This document shows positions 9,463-19,593 of a stretch of DNA of 64,000 bases, piece after piece. The first letter of the stretch is position 1; the number at the start of each line of letters is the position of its first letter. Position numbers and translations under genes: made by a program. A model generated the notes under the pieces. It did not search any database, was not told the origin of the DNA, and saw only the letters and a list, made by a program, of their open reading frames with translations. Origin of the DNA: Candidatus Dojkabacteria bacterium (lineage in GTDB: Bacteria > Patescibacteriota > Dojkabacteria > GCA-002793355); the NCBI GenBank assembly GCA_030583685.1, contig CP129470.1, positions 148,345 to 212,344 of the forward strand, given 5' to 3'.

Positions 9463-10236
9463 ATGATTGGAATGTATCTTCTGCTCAACTTAATTCAGGC
9501 AATAACTGAATTTTTACCCATTTCGAGCAGTGGTCATTTAGTGTTATTTGGAGAATTGTATGGTCTTTCCGAAGAGGGGATAGAATCATTTCTGCATCTT
9601 CCAACAACCCTCGCGATTTTAGTTGTGTTTTTTCCGACACTCCTTCACATTCTTAAAAGTCCAAAGCTTTGGGGAATTTTACTTGCAGCAATGGTACCTG
9701 CAGGGCTAGTTGGATTACTGTTGAGTAATGCAATAGATTTAGTTTTGTATTCACCGATTGTTGTCGCAGTAAACCAACTCTTTTGGGGAAGTATGCTCTG
9801 GTACAACGCAGTAAACTACCATACACACAAAGGAGAAAAACCAAAACGATGGCAAGAACTAACACTTCGTCAAGCATTTACTATCGGGCTTCTGCAAATT
9901 CTTGCACTTATTCCCGGAACTTCAAGAAGTGGCATTACGACATTAGCTGGTATGTGGAACACCCTTACGCCACAACAAAGTGCAACCTTTTCCTTCATTT
10001 CTGGATTTCCTCTCATCCTCGCTGCATCATTACTTGGGTTAAAGAAAGTCCTGTCGAATGGAGAACTAACCGCATATGTTGAAACGATTCCACTTCTTAT
10101 CGGCATGCTCCTGTCGTTTATTGTCGGCATTATCTGTATACGACTTTTTATCTCGCGACATACCTTACTGGTCATGAAAATCTCGGGCATCTACAGAATA
10201 ATTCTTGGAACTCTTATCCTCATATGGCTTATATAG
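9463..10236 (+). CDS. uppP: undecaprenyl-diphosphatase UppP (BacA)
   Basis: N-terminal signature IQAITEFLPISSSGHL within a polytopic membrane protein of 257 aa. Confidence 0.85.
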   Translation: MIGMYLLLNLIQAITEFLPISSSGHLVLFGELYGLSEEGIESFLHLPTTLAILVVFFPTLLHILKSPKLWGILLAAMVPAGLVGLLLSNAIDLVLYSPIVVAVNQLFWGSMLWYNAVNYHTHKGEKPKRWQELTLRQAFTIGLLQILALIPGTSRSGITTLAGMWNTLTPQQSATFSFISGFPLILAASLLGLKKVLSNGELTAYVETIPLLIGMLLSFIVGIICIRLFISRHTLLVMKISGIYRIILGTLILIWLI

Positions 10237-10853
10237 CAGCAGGAACGCTAAAAAAATCAAAACTACAAGTACCTGTGGGAGATGTAAGGCCAACACAAAG
10301 GCTATTGCGCTTAAGTATTTTTGATATTCTTGCTGATTTCATTGAAAATGCTGCAATTTTAGACCTTTATGCCGGTACCGGCGCCTTTGGTATTGAGGCA
10401 TTGTCTCGAGGAGCAAGAAAAGTGGTGTTTGTCGATATTGCCTCTAAAGCGGTAGAAATTATCAAAGTAAATTTGCAAAATCTCGGGCTCCGAGATAAAG
10501 GCGTTGTCTATCAATCGGACAGTATCACGTTTCTTGTCAAATCTGTTCGTAAGCAACGAACCTTCGATATTATTTTTCTTGACCCACCTTTCACCAAATT
10601 ACGAGCCATGAGAACCGATGAATATTCAGATTATATGCTTGAAATTATTGATCGAGCAAAACGATTGCTGCGTCCTCAGTCACTTATTATCGTCAAGACA
10701 CCCAAAAAATTGCCACTGCCAATTCCTTCTGGACTCACTGTTGTTGAAGAACGGACCTATGGTCTCAACAGAGTGGCGTTTTTAGCACAAACAGAGTATA
10801 TTGTACAAGAGGAAACTGCCCATGATACAGGAATTACAAATTCAAAAACCTAA
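10224..10853 (+). CDS. rsmD: 16S rRNA (guanine966-N2)-methyltransferase RsmD
   Basis: Carries RPTQRLLRLSIFDIL, LDLYAGTGAFGIEALSRGA and FDIIFLDPPF, the RsmD/N6-MTase motifs. Confidence 0.8.
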   Translation: MAYIAAGTLKKSKLQVPVGDVRPTQRLLRLSIFDILADFIENAAILDLYAGTGAFGIEALSRGARKVVFVDIASKAVEIIKVNLQNLGLRDKGVVYQSDSITFLVKSVRKQRTFDIIFLDPPFTKLRAMRTDEYSDYMLEIIDRAKRLLRPQSLIIVKTPKKLPLPIPSGLTVVEERTYGLNRVAFLAQTEYIVQEETAHDTGITNSKT

Positions 10854-11202
10854 CCCCTTTTCCTACATAGGACAACTTTTTGATTTTATTCGAAATTTTT
10901 TTGCCTGGTGGTACGGAGACATCCCCCTTTCTTTACTGAGTTTTCTCAAAAGAGTACTCGTCATACTAGACGACACAACATCATTTTCCATAATTCTTAA
11001 AGGTTTCTTTAAACCTTGGAAAAATGATTACAATATCGCTGGATGGCTCGTTGGCATGAGCATTAAAGCAGTGTATCTCCCGATTATTCTTGTGCTCTTT
11101 CTATTGACCATTAGCTGTATAGTGCTGGCACTTCTCGCACAACTCATTATTCTTCCAATCATCATTGGACTTATCTTGCTTAATCCGTTTCTTACACCAT
11201 GA
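10822..11202 (+). CDS. hypothetical small membrane protein (C-terminal 2 TM), translationally coupled to the downstream Clp paralog
   Basis: An ORF with no recognisable domain. Its stop TGA overlaps the ATG of the next gene (ATGA at 11199-11202). The start was chosen at MIQELQ inside the rsmD 3' end. Confidence 0.35.
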   Translation: MIQELQIQKPNPFSYIGQLFDFIRNFFAWWYGDIPLSLLSFLKRVLVILDDTTSFSIILKGFFKPWKNDYNIAGWLVGMSIKAVYLPIILVLFLLTISCIVLALLAQLIILPIIIGLILLNPFLTP

Positions 11203-13895
11203 GTAATGTATTCACCGCATTCCACGACAAAAACAAAGACAAAACATCTTTGTACGACAATCATGCTGTCATTGTCGATCAACAATTTGAACCCTTTTTA
11301 GTTACTCAGTTCGACCTTTTTTTTGTGTCATTACCCGAACTCACAACTCGAATTCAGCAACACCAATCCGTCCAGAAATTCAATTCACACAAAAGAATTA
11401 CCGCTTCAACACTCTTAATCCTCGCCGTTCCTCTTGCCTTACTCTATGTTCTCCACTTTTTCTCTCTCCTTCCTCTTGAATTGCCTGCACTTGCCCTTGT
11501 GTTGATTAAACAAGAAATCTTTTTGGCTGCACTTGCCCTTCTCATTCTCTGGCATGATTTAGCAACCAATTATGATGCTCCGAAACAGTTACCATACTAT
11601 CCTGAACTTGACGACTATCTGAAAGCTACCATTGAGCAACAAGGAGTTCAGTTTCAACATTACTTGATTCAAAATCCCCTTGATTACTTCCACCCTACAA
11701 CCTTTGACTTCTTAGTTGCAGGAATTGTCAGAACGAACAACGGAAGTTATCTAGATTCCTCTCGATTGCTCAAAAGGGTACTTCGCCACGCCCACATTCA
11801 AAATATTCTCAAGAAACTAGAAATTCCGGCACTTACAGACCGATTGGCTACGGCTTTGACTCAGGAGGCGTCTCCTACCTATCACTATACTGCGTTACAG
11901 TCGTTTATCTTATATGCAATGGAACAGGCAATTGTAACTCGAAGCAGGAAAGTTTATCCAGAACACGTTTTACTTGCTTTGTTTTCTGTTTTTCCGATCT
12001 TGCAGCAGGTACTCCTCGAATATCGGGTTGATTTTTTGACCTTTACTAAAACAGTTGAACATTACCTAATCGAAGAACAGTACCAAGCACGAGTGAATGC
12101 ATTTGATATTTCCATACCGTATTACCGAAAGGGTGGGGTCGCAGACGGGTGGGTGAAAGGCTTTACGTTTTACCTCGACAAAATTTCTTTCAATGTTCTT
12201 GAACAAATAACACAAAGAGGAGGGTTATACGGTATCGGTCATACAAAAGAAATTAATACACTTCTGGGAATTCTTCAGAAAGAGTATAATGCGAACACCA
12301 TACTTGTGGGAGACCCAGGCGTTGGAAAGAGTAGTGTTATCTACGGATTAGCACAAAGAATACTGGATGGAGATGTCCCCCCAAATCTCAAGAACATCTC
12401 AATCAAGTCGATTGACCTCAACAAGTTCCTGTCACTTGCGCAATCAGGGGCAGGCGGATTACCAGAACTCGTCGCAAAACTTTCCGACGAACTGCGCAAA
12501 CAGGTTGGAACTATTCTTTATTTTGACGACTTGGAAGTACTTCTTTCAACGGGTACAGGAGAAGGAACAGCGATGTCTTATCTCATGCCTCTCCTCACCG
12601 AGAGCCCTGTCCCGATTATTGGAACTATGACATTTGCACAATATACCCGATTAAAACAAAACTTCCCAACGGTCATCGATGCGTTTAAAGAAGTGCGTGT
12701 TGATCAAGTTTCCCAAGAAGATACCTTGACTATACTCATGTCGAAAATTTCGCAACTCGAGCGATATCACCGAATTACCATCAGTATACCCGCATTGCGT
12801 GACATCATCACCTTGACTGCGACCTACTTACCAAACAAAAGATTTCCCAAAAAAGCCGTAGAACTCCTCGAACAGGCCGCAGCAGTTGCAGCAAATACAA
12901 AAGAAAAAGTGCTGTCTCGGGACTTAGTTTCCCAAACTATTCAATCTCTTGCAGACATCCCCATTGCGCAAGCATCACCTGAAGAAGCAGAAAAACTCCT
13001 GACGCTAGAAAAGCGAATCCATCAAACCTATATCAACCAGCACGACGCTGTTCTTGCAATTGTTGATGCATTGCAACGAGCGAAAACTAATGTTCGAGAC
13101 ACCTCAAAACCTTTTGGCGTTTTTCTCTTCTTGGGACCATCAGGAGTGGGGAAAACAGAACTTGCAAAAATTACTGCACAAGAATACTTTGGAGCTGAAT
13201 ATGCACTTATCCGTGTTGATTTATCTCAGTACAAACTCGATAGTGATATCAACACCATTATTTCACTATTAAAAAAAGTGACGCTTCGTCCCTATTGTCT
13301 GTTGCTTCTCGATGAATTCGAAAAAACAACTACCGTTATTCAAGATATGTTCATGAGACTTTTTGACGAGGGGATTGTCATAACACCAGAAGACGAAACC
13401 TTGTATTTCAATAACTCGATTATCATTGCAACAAGTAATATCGGCAGTAATCTTTTAGTGACAGCAACACCAGAACAATTTACAGAGGCGCGACAAGGAG
13501 TCCTCGACCTCCTGCATCAGTCGATCAAGATTGAACTACTCAATCGCTTCGATAAAATCATTGTATTTAGCGCGTTATCGCTTGATCACTTACAACAAAT
13601 TACCGTACTCATGCTCAATCAACTTGTCGAGAAGTTGCAAGAACAAGGTATTAAAGCTCAATATAGCGACAGAACAATCGCTTATATTGTTTCTCGCGGA
13701 TACAGCCCAGGAATGGGAGCTCGACCTCTGAGAAGAGTCATTCAAGACACTTTGGAAAGTGCCCTTGCAAAGTCAATTTTACAATCACAACAACAAACTG
13801 GACGAAATCCTTCCTCAGTGCATTTTGACGAGCTACTGCCACAGATGCCACTCCCACCTCAAGAAGCCAAAACTGTTGACACAATCGAAAATTAG
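11199..13895 (+). CDS. membrane-anchored Hsp100/Clp-family AAA+ ATPase paralog with degenerate first AAA module
   Basis: 898 aa. N-terminal ~60 aa is followed by two TM helices (residues ~65-120) and then Clp_N-like repeats (EHVLLALFSVFPILQQVLLEYRVDF). D1 has Walker A GDPGVGKSS, but its Walker B is ILYFDDLE (E to D) and the arginine finger is lost (VIDAFKE versus ALERRFQ). D2 is intact (GPSGVGKTE, LLLDEFEK, ATSN, GARPLRR). The PPGYxGxEEGG loop is deleted. Confidence 0.7.
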   Translation: MSNVFTAFHDKNKDKTSLYDNHAVIVDQQFEPFLVTQFDLFFVSLPELTTRIQQHQSVQKFNSHKRITASTLLILAVPLALLYVLHFFSLLPLELPALALVLIKQEIFLAALALLILWHDLATNYDAPKQLPYYPELDDYLKATIEQQGVQFQHYLIQNPLDYFHPTTFDFLVAGIVRTNNGSYLDSSRLLKRVLRHAHIQNILKKLEIPALTDRLATALTQEASPTYHYTALQSFILYAMEQAIVTRSRKVYPEHVLLALFSVFPILQQVLLEYRVDFLTFTKTVEHYLIEEQYQARVNAFDISIPYYRKGGVADGWVKGFTFYLDKISFNVLEQITQRGGLYGIGHTKEINTLLGILQKEYNANTILVGDPGVGKSSVIYGLAQRILDGDVPPNLKNISIKSIDLNKFLSLAQSGAGGLPELVAKLSDELRKQVGTILYFDDLEVLLSTGTGEGTAMSYLMPLLTESPVPIIGTMTFAQYTRLKQNFPTVIDAFKEVRVDQVSQEDTLTILMSKISQLERYHRITISIPALRDIITLTATYLPNKRFPKKAVELLEQAAAVAANTKEKVLSRDLVSQTIQSLADIPIAQASPEEAEKLLTLEKRIHQTYINQHDAVLAIVDALQRAKTNVRDTSKPFGVFLFLGPSGVGKTELAKITAQEYFGAEYALIRVDLSQYKLDSDINTIISLLKKVTLRPYCLLLLDEFEKTTTVIQDMFMRLFDEGIVITPEDETLYFNNSIIIATSNIGSNLLVTATPEQFTEARQGVLDLLHQSIKIELLNRFDKIIVFSALSLDHLQQITVLMLNQLVEKLQEQGIKAQYSDRTIAYIVSRGYSPGMGARPLRRVIQDTLESALAKSILQSQQQTGRNPSSVHFDELLPQMPLPPQEAKTVDTIEN

Positions 13896-13930
13896 TTCGA
13901 TAATGGGAAGCTAAATTATTTTCCATCTAC

Positions 13931-14485
13931 ATGACAGTTTTTTTTGGAATAGCAATTATTGCGGTTGCAATTGTCTTCTATGCAATCAACCTTTATAACG
14001 TCCTTGTCCAACAACGTATGGTTGTGCGAGAAGCATCTGCAGACATTGAAACGCTCTTAAAAAAACGTTTTGATTTAGTTCCAAACCTAGTCAATACCGT
14101 CAAAGGCTATGCAAAGCACGAGGAAGGAGTTTTTACAAAGGTAACTGAACTACGCACACAAATGCAAGAGGCATCAGGAGATATGGCGAAATTGTCTGAA
14201 ATTAATAACCAAATGACGCAAACGCTTAAATCACTGTTTGCTGTTGCAGAGAATTACCCTAACTTGAAAGCTGACGCATCTTTTCTGCAATTACAAGCAC
14301 AACTAGCCGACTTAGAGACAGAAATACAAAAATCCCGCAGATTCTACAACGCAACAGTCGGAGATTACAATACAAAACTTCAGGTGTTTCCAAATGTCCT
14401 GTTTGTAGGGATCTTCAAGTTTACTCCGGCAGAATTCTTTGCAGCAGCTGATGAAGAAAAGCAGAATGTCAAAGTAGAATTCTAA
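13931..14485 (+). CDS. lemA: LemA family protein
   Basis: An N-terminal TM helix precedes the conserved LemA core (NLYNVLVQQRMVVREASADIETLLKKRFDLVPNLV ... FYNATVGDYN). Confidence 0.85.
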   Translation: MTVFFGIAIIAVAIVFYAINLYNVLVQQRMVVREASADIETLLKKRFDLVPNLVNTVKGYAKHEEGVFTKVTELRTQMQEASGDMAKLSEINNQMTQTLKSLFAVAENYPNLKADASFLQLQAQLADLETEIQKSRRFYNATVGDYNTKLQVFPNVLFVGIFKFTPAEFFAAADEEKQNVKVEF

Positions 14486-14494
14486 TTAAAGAAA

Positions 14495-16312
14495 ATGAAA
14501 AAAGTTATTGTTTTGATAGGAGCGCTTTTTCTGTTATTGCAATTTGCTTCCATTCAAACAGTATCTGCGATAAGTCAAGAGGAAATCAGGGCTCGAGCAC
14601 TCGAATTCGGACCTCCATCACTTTACTTTGACGGAGTAGTGACACAATTCAATTCAACCGTAACCGTAGACCAAAGAGGCAATGCCACGATTGTTGAGAA
14701 GATTTATGTTTACTTTCCAAATCCACGAAGAGGGATTTACCGTTGGATTCCTCAGAAAGTAACGGTTGGAAGTCAAGTACTAGAGCAACCAATCTCCCTT
14801 AAAAGGGTCACTTACCAAAAAGTATCTGCAAGGAATGAAGGTTCTCACCCTATTGGAAGAAAATATTCGAAAGAGGAGTCAACCAGAGCGTACCTCGTAG
14901 TAAGAATTGGTGATCCTGATGTCTATCTCGAGGGTGCATATGAATATACCATCGAATATTCAATGAAAAACGCAATTCGTTTTCAAGAGAATACGCAAGA
15001 ATTATATCTCAATATAACAGGACTAGAATGGAAACTCCCCATACTCGATGTCACAGCAAGCGTTTCACCTGTTGCAGAGAATCTTCCTACTGTGTGCTAT
15101 ACCGGATTGCTAGGCTCCGTTGAACAAAGATGTCGTATGGAGCAGAAAGATAATGTGCTCTCAATTGTTACGACAACCGATAAAAAACAAGCAGTACAAG
15201 GGCTAACCATTGGAGTACAGTATCCTCAAGATACTTTTATTGGGCCAACAGAATTTGAACTTCTGCTTGAAAAGATTCTCCCCTGGACCCCATTTCTTGG
15301 AACATTGATTGCCTTGGCATATGCTTACTCCGTCTGGTCAAAATTTGGTAAAGATACGCGAATCAGGACAATTCCACCACTCTACATTCCAACAAAAACA
15401 ATGGAAAACACGAATCTTTCAGTTCTTCACTCACTTCTCTCAATGAAACCTTTACCCCTTATGGCTACGGCAGAACTTATTCGATTGGCAGAGAAGGGAT
15501 ACCTGACTATTCGTTATGAGAAAAAGAAGCTCACCCTAGAACTTTCAGAACAACAGCAAAAAACATTACCTAAATATTTGAATTCGCAACCACAGTCACT
15601 CAATACCTTAATCACCACAATAACAAAAAATTTTCAGGCAGCTACGCAGGTTGCTGCCCTCAAAAATATTCATGCAAAAATGGCGGAGGCAAACAAACTT
15701 GCCCAGAAAGAGTTTGAAACGGCACATTTTATTGTTTCAGATTCAGTTAGGTGGCGAAATATATTCATTGCTGCAGCAGTTCTTCTCGCTATCAGTTCTT
15801 TTATTTCCTTCGCAATCATTGGAGAGACCCTCTTATACCGTTGGTATACGATTTCTGCAGCATTACTTGTCACCGCACTCATATTCTTCCTCTTTAGTAT
15901 GATCATGCTCCAAAGAACAAAAGAGGGAGATGAGCTAACACGAGATCTACTTGGATTAAAACGCTACATCAAGGCAGCGGAATTGAAAAGGCTGGAATTT
16001 TTTAATAATCCAAAAAAAATGATTGCACATTTTGAACAAATACTCCCATATGCAATCATTCTTAAATTAGACAAACGCTGGACTAAAGAGTTTAGCCCAA
16101 TACTGGAACAACTCCACTATGAACCTGCGTGGTTGGTCAGCGATATGCCATTAACTCGCAGTCTTCCCGTTACCTATGCGGCAATGTCATCATCCATGGC
16201 AGCAAGCATGACGAATCTTTCAACACCACCAAATTCTGGGAGTTCTTCTTTTGGAGGTGGGGGAGGCTTTAGTGGAGGTGGAAGTGGAGGTGGCGGTGGC
16301 GGTTCTTGGTAA
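14495..16312 (+). CDS. DUF2207-family membrane protein (LemA partner) with Gly-rich C-terminal tail
   Basis: Has a signal peptide, a large extracytoplasmic domain, TM segments and the C-terminal tail GGGGGFSGGGSGGGGGGSW typical of DUF2207 proteins encoded next to lemA. Confidence 0.7.
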   Translation: MKKVIVLIGALFLLLQFASIQTVSAISQEEIRARALEFGPPSLYFDGVVTQFNSTVTVDQRGNATIVEKIYVYFPNPRRGIYRWIPQKVTVGSQVLEQPISLKRVTYQKVSARNEGSHPIGRKYSKEESTRAYLVVRIGDPDVYLEGAYEYTIEYSMKNAIRFQENTQELYLNITGLEWKLPILDVTASVSPVAENLPTVCYTGLLGSVEQRCRMEQKDNVLSIVTTTDKKQAVQGLTIGVQYPQDTFIGPTEFELLLEKILPWTPFLGTLIALAYAYSVWSKFGKDTRIRTIPPLYIPTKTMENTNLSVLHSLLSMKPLPLMATAELIRLAEKGYLTIRYEKKKLTLELSEQQQKTLPKYLNSQPQSLNTLITTITKNFQAATQVAALKNIHAKMAEANKLAQKEFETAHFIVSDSVRWRNIFIAAAVLLAISSFISFAIIGETLLYRWYTISAALLVTALIFFLFSMIMLQRTKEGDELTRDLLGLKRYIKAAELKRLEFFNNPKKMIAHFEQILPYAIILKLDKRWTKEFSPILEQLHYEPAWLVSDMPLTRSLPVTYAAMSSSMAASMTNLSTPPNSGSSSFGGGGGFSGGGSGGGGGGSW

Positions 16313-16330
16313 AGAATGATACGATAGACC

Positions 16331-17059
16331 ATGCCTCGTTCATTGCCCAATCGAGTTTCAGCGTTTACCTTAATGGAGTTGCTTGTTGTACTAGCAATCT
16401 TTGGCTTTCTACTTCTTATGACGTCAGGAATGTCTGCCAGAGTTCGAGATACCTTCATTGCACAACAACAAATAAAGAATTTTGTCCAAACCACAAGAAT
16501 TGTCAGAAGGAAATCCATGCTCGTCACAAGAAATGCAAATGATAATGAGTGGGTACATGGAATTGGAATGCAGTTTGAGAAAACAACGGTTGACCTAAAA
16601 GAGGTCTGGCAGGTGAGACAATTTAAAGCACTTCGAAAAGTAAATAGTGCCTATCAGTTTTATATTCCATTTCCTACAAACTCTATCCTAACGCTATACC
16701 GATGCTGGAATGTTGACTGTACGACTGTTTCCGGGTCAGGCTTCTCAACGAATTTGCTGCTCACGCCGTTGGAAAACACAACCGTACAAACCCTCCCTAA
16801 TGGCATGGAATTGCAGATTACACATAATCTTTCAGGAGGTTTACCAAGCACTTGTAGTCGCGCACTTACGTTAATTTACGAGACAATTAATGGTGAACTT
16901 CATGCCTATTGTTCAGGAGACAGTAACAATCCGGTAAAACTCACGACAACTGATGAACTCTTGATTACGATGAAAATTCGCTACGCGAGCGGGGCAAACT
17001 ATCAGTATACGTTTAATATATCAAACTCAGGAGAAATTAATGCAGTCTTACCAGAATAG
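16331..17059 (+). CDS. type IV pilin-like protein (minor pilin/pseudopilin) with prepilin N-terminal methylation motif
   Basis: N-terminus VSA|FTLMELLVVLAIFGFLLL matches the class III signal: a short basic leader, F+1, E+5 and a hydrophobic helix. Confidence 0.6.
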   Translation: MPRSLPNRVSAFTLMELLVVLAIFGFLLLMTSGMSARVRDTFIAQQQIKNFVQTTRIVRRKSMLVTRNANDNEWVHGIGMQFEKTTVDLKEVWQVRQFKALRKVNSAYQFYIPFPTNSILTLYRCWNVDCTTVSGSGFSTNLLLTPLENTTVQTLPNGMELQITHNLSGGLPSTCSRALTLIYETINGELHAYCSGDSNNPVKLTTTDELLITMKIRYASGANYQYTFNISNSGEINAVLPE

Positions 17060-17657
17060 TAACAAAATAATTACCGCCATGACCCTCATCGAAGTACTTG
17101 TTGCCCTCACCATTGTGTCGTTTGTCTTTGCTTCCTTAACACAAATGACCTTTACTGCCTTACGGAGGACAAAGAATCTCGAGTTACAAGATAAAATGAG
17201 AAATTACGCAACTGAGGCAGTACAAATACTCTACAATCAAAAGGATACCAATTGGGACTCAGTATTGGGTGATTCTGGGGAACTTCCTCCCGTTGTTCCA
17301 AACACAGGATCCACCTACACGCAAGCCTATGTTGCCTATGATTCATCGATATCAATAAAAAACATTTCAACAGGAGACTGTGAGTTCAACGAAGAGGAGA
17401 GAGTACTCATCGGCACGAATTGTGAACTCACCTCAGGAAACGAACAAGTTACCGACACTAACCCCGTACTCTTCGGGCGACTAATTCGCAGATTCGATGA
17501 TAATCAACCCGATACCAACAGTCTAAATCAAAATCGAGATTTTACCACTGACGCAGAAATTGAAATTATTGTCGCTTGTATCGAAGGAAAATGTAAAGGA
17601 GAAGATTTTACACCGTTCAAACTTAACTTAACCGTATATCGTACCAGTGGACAATAA
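17040..17657 (+). CDS. type IV pilin-like protein (minor pilin/pseudopilin)
   Basis: N-terminus ITA|MTLIEVLVALTIVSFVF. The gene overlaps both neighbours, as in an operon. Confidence 0.6.
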   Translation: MQSYQNSNKIITAMTLIEVLVALTIVSFVFASLTQMTFTALRRTKNLELQDKMRNYATEAVQILYNQKDTNWDSVLGDSGELPPVVPNTGSTYTQAYVAYDSSISIKNISTGDCEFNEEERVLIGTNCELTSGNEQVTDTNPVLFGRLIRRFDDNQPDTNSLNQNRDFTTDAEIEIIVACIEGKCKGEDFTPFKLNLTVYRTSGQ

Positions 17658-18210
17658 ACAGACATTACACGTATCGGCCTTTACGTTGTTGGAAATGATG
17701 GTTTCGATGACCTTAATTTCGGTCATTTTTCTTATGATTATGCAATCTTTTAACGCTATTCTTCTGGGCTCCTACTTAATTGATGCACGCACAGCAGTCA
17801 GAAACGAGAGTGAGTTTGTCGGAGAATATTTCAAATTACGGGTAAAAAATGCAGACCCCCGTTCAGTAACCTGTAACAATACGGGTTCAGCAAAATATAT
17901 TACGTGGCAATCGAAAGGCTCAAGCGACTCCTGGGTATTTTTTGCAGAACCACAAGGAGATAATACCTATCGGTTTTGTATGTACCAAAATCCGAATCCC
18001 GGCGCTACTCCAGACCTCAAGTGTCATAGAATACTTACCTACAACGATGTACGTGTAACAAAAGTTGATGTCACGTGTGAGGCACCCGATGCGGACAGAG
18101 CGCAAATAGCGAACGTTAATCTAAACTACACCATGGAGTCGACTGCGAAATTGGGCGATGGTCCTGCAGTCAAAGGAGTTTCGCGCTTTGTCACAGTTTC
18201 AATTCGATAG
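17647..18210 (+). CDS. type IV pilin-like protein (minor pilin/pseudopilin)
   Basis: N-terminus VSA|FTLLEMMVSMTLISVIFLMI, with Cys pairs in the C-terminal part. Confidence 0.6.
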   Translation: MDNKQTLHVSAFTLLEMMVSMTLISVIFLMIMQSFNAILLGSYLIDARTAVRNESEFVGEYFKLRVKNADPRSVTCNNTGSAKYITWQSKGSSDSWVFFAEPQGDNTYRFCMYQNPNPGATPDLKCHRILTYNDVRVTKVDVTCEAPDADRAQIANVNLNYTMESTAKLGDGPAVKGVSRFVTVSIR

Positions 18211-18225
18211 TAGCGGTACATTCCC

Positions 18226-18969
18226 TTATAAAAAGAGCAGTGCAATGACGCCCCACGGAATCATCACTGTCAATAATGGAATTTGTTGGCCTTGCTTCAA
18301 GCGTTTTTCAAGAAGCAGAAACGCAAATGCACCAACGAGAGAAAGAAGAAGTATCCAAGTTGTTTTTTGAAATCCAAGAAAAAGCGCAAACAATAATAAC
18401 ACGATAACATCCGCTGCGCCAAATAAATCGCCAACTTGTTTCAGCTTATACCGCTTTCTTAGCAATACAAAAGCAAGAGAGAAGAGCAGCACCGTAAGAA
18501 TGAGACCAGCGTCAACGAAATAGACAGGACCAGTGAAATAAAGGTACCACATTCCTGCAAACATAATGGACCACGATACCAACCAACTTACGGGTATCGA
18601 ATAATTTTTATAGTCCTCATACATGATTAACGCAGTTGTTGAATACAACAACAACGTCGCCGCAAGGAAAGGAGTTTCAACCATATTGTAGGCATATAAA
18701 CCTGCCAGTACCGCTCCCCATCCGGAAATAAAAAGAATCTCAAACCAAAAATACCTCCGTGAAATTTTTTTATTACAATAAAAACAGCGAGACTTGGTCA
18801 GTAATCGACCAAATACGGGAAGCAAGGCCCACCAAGGAAGTGGTGTCTGGCAAGAATCACAACGGGAGCGACCAAATAATGAGCCAATAAAGGTCCCCCG
18901 ATCAGAAATTAACTGCACATACTCTGATAACAGAACACCTAAGAGAAAAAACCAAAGTACGGCAATCAT
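18226..18969 (-). CDS. pilD: prepilin peptidase (A24 family, PilD-like)
   Basis: N-terminal tetracysteine motif CDSC...CFYC, a polytopic membrane domain and conserved Asp-containing blocks (EDYKNYSIP; FGAADV). Confidence 0.75.
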   Translation of the reverse strand: MIAVLWFFLLGVLLSEYVQLISDRGTFIGSLFGRSRCDSCQTPLPWWALLPVFGRLLTKSRCFYCNKKISRRYFWFEILFISGWGAVLAGLYAYNMVETPFLAATLLLYSTTALIMYEDYKNYSIPVSWLVSWSIMFAGMWYLYFTGPVYFVDAGLILTVLLFSLAFVLLRKRYKLKQVGDLFGAADVIVLLLFALFLGFQKTTWILLLSLVGAFAFLLLEKRLKQGQQIPLLTVMIPWGVIALLFL

Positions 18970-18981
18970 AACGACACGGTG

Positions 18982-19557
18982 CTAATTGTTCCTACGACCT
19001 TCCAACTGTGCACACGCAACTTCCTCGTAGTTTGTCCCAACACAATAACAATCTCTTTCATTACCATCACCCTTCCTAACCAAATTCGATGCAGCTGTCG
19101 TATTCTCTAAAGTAACACATACTGCGTATCGCAATTTAGTGTTACCTGATTCATTAACATAGTACTTCATATACCGCTCATTCTCACCGGGATTGACATT
19201 CGAATTTCCGCGTGGCCATTCACCTTCTAGATAATCTTTAATTCCAACTCGACCCTCGCCATCAATTAAAAATCCTTCAGTAATTGTCCCCGAAGTACCC
19301 ATTATTGGGAACGCTCCTGAACAGAATTCCCAATCATTCCCAATTTTTGTGCCCTGACTAACACATTTCGGATAACTCGCATAATCAGAATAATATGCCT
19401 GTAAGGCAATTTGTACTAATTCAACCGCTTTTTTACGCTGAGTATCTCGTGCTTGACGAAGTCCAAAGCTTAAGCCGGCAAATGCTCCGACTGAAAGAAA
19501 ACTAATAATCGCCATAACAACGAGTAATTCCACAAGGGTAAATGCTTTTGGTTTCAT
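18982..19557 (-). CDS. type IV pilin (likely major pilin)
   Basis: N-terminus KA|FTLVELLVVMAIISFLSVGAFAG. The globular domain has C-terminal Cys residues. The gene sits immediately downstream of pilC. Confidence 0.75.
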   Translation of the reverse strand: MKPKAFTLVELLVVMAIISFLSVGAFAGLSFGLRQARDTQRKKAVELVQIALQAYYSDYASYPKCVSQGTKIGNDWEFCSGAFPIMGTSGTITEGFLIDGEGRVGIKDYLEGEWPRGNSNVNPGENERYMKYYVNESGNTKLRYAVCVTLENTTAASNLVRKGDGNERDCYCVGTNYEEVACAQLEGRRNN

Positions 19558-19593
19558 TGGCAGTTAAGAATATATTATTTACACAAAGATAGA

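Noticed and set aside
12367-13731. Small ORFs (12367..12630, 13054..13272, 13531..13731) inside the Clp paralog
   Set aside because: They are alternative-frame fragments within a homology-supported 898-aa gene.
16174-16527. 117-aa minus-strand ORF with poly-proline tract (PPPPPLPPPLKPPPPPK)
   Set aside because: It is antisense to the Gly-rich tail (GGGGGFSGGGSGGGG) of the DUF2207 gene, so it is a complementary-strand artifact.
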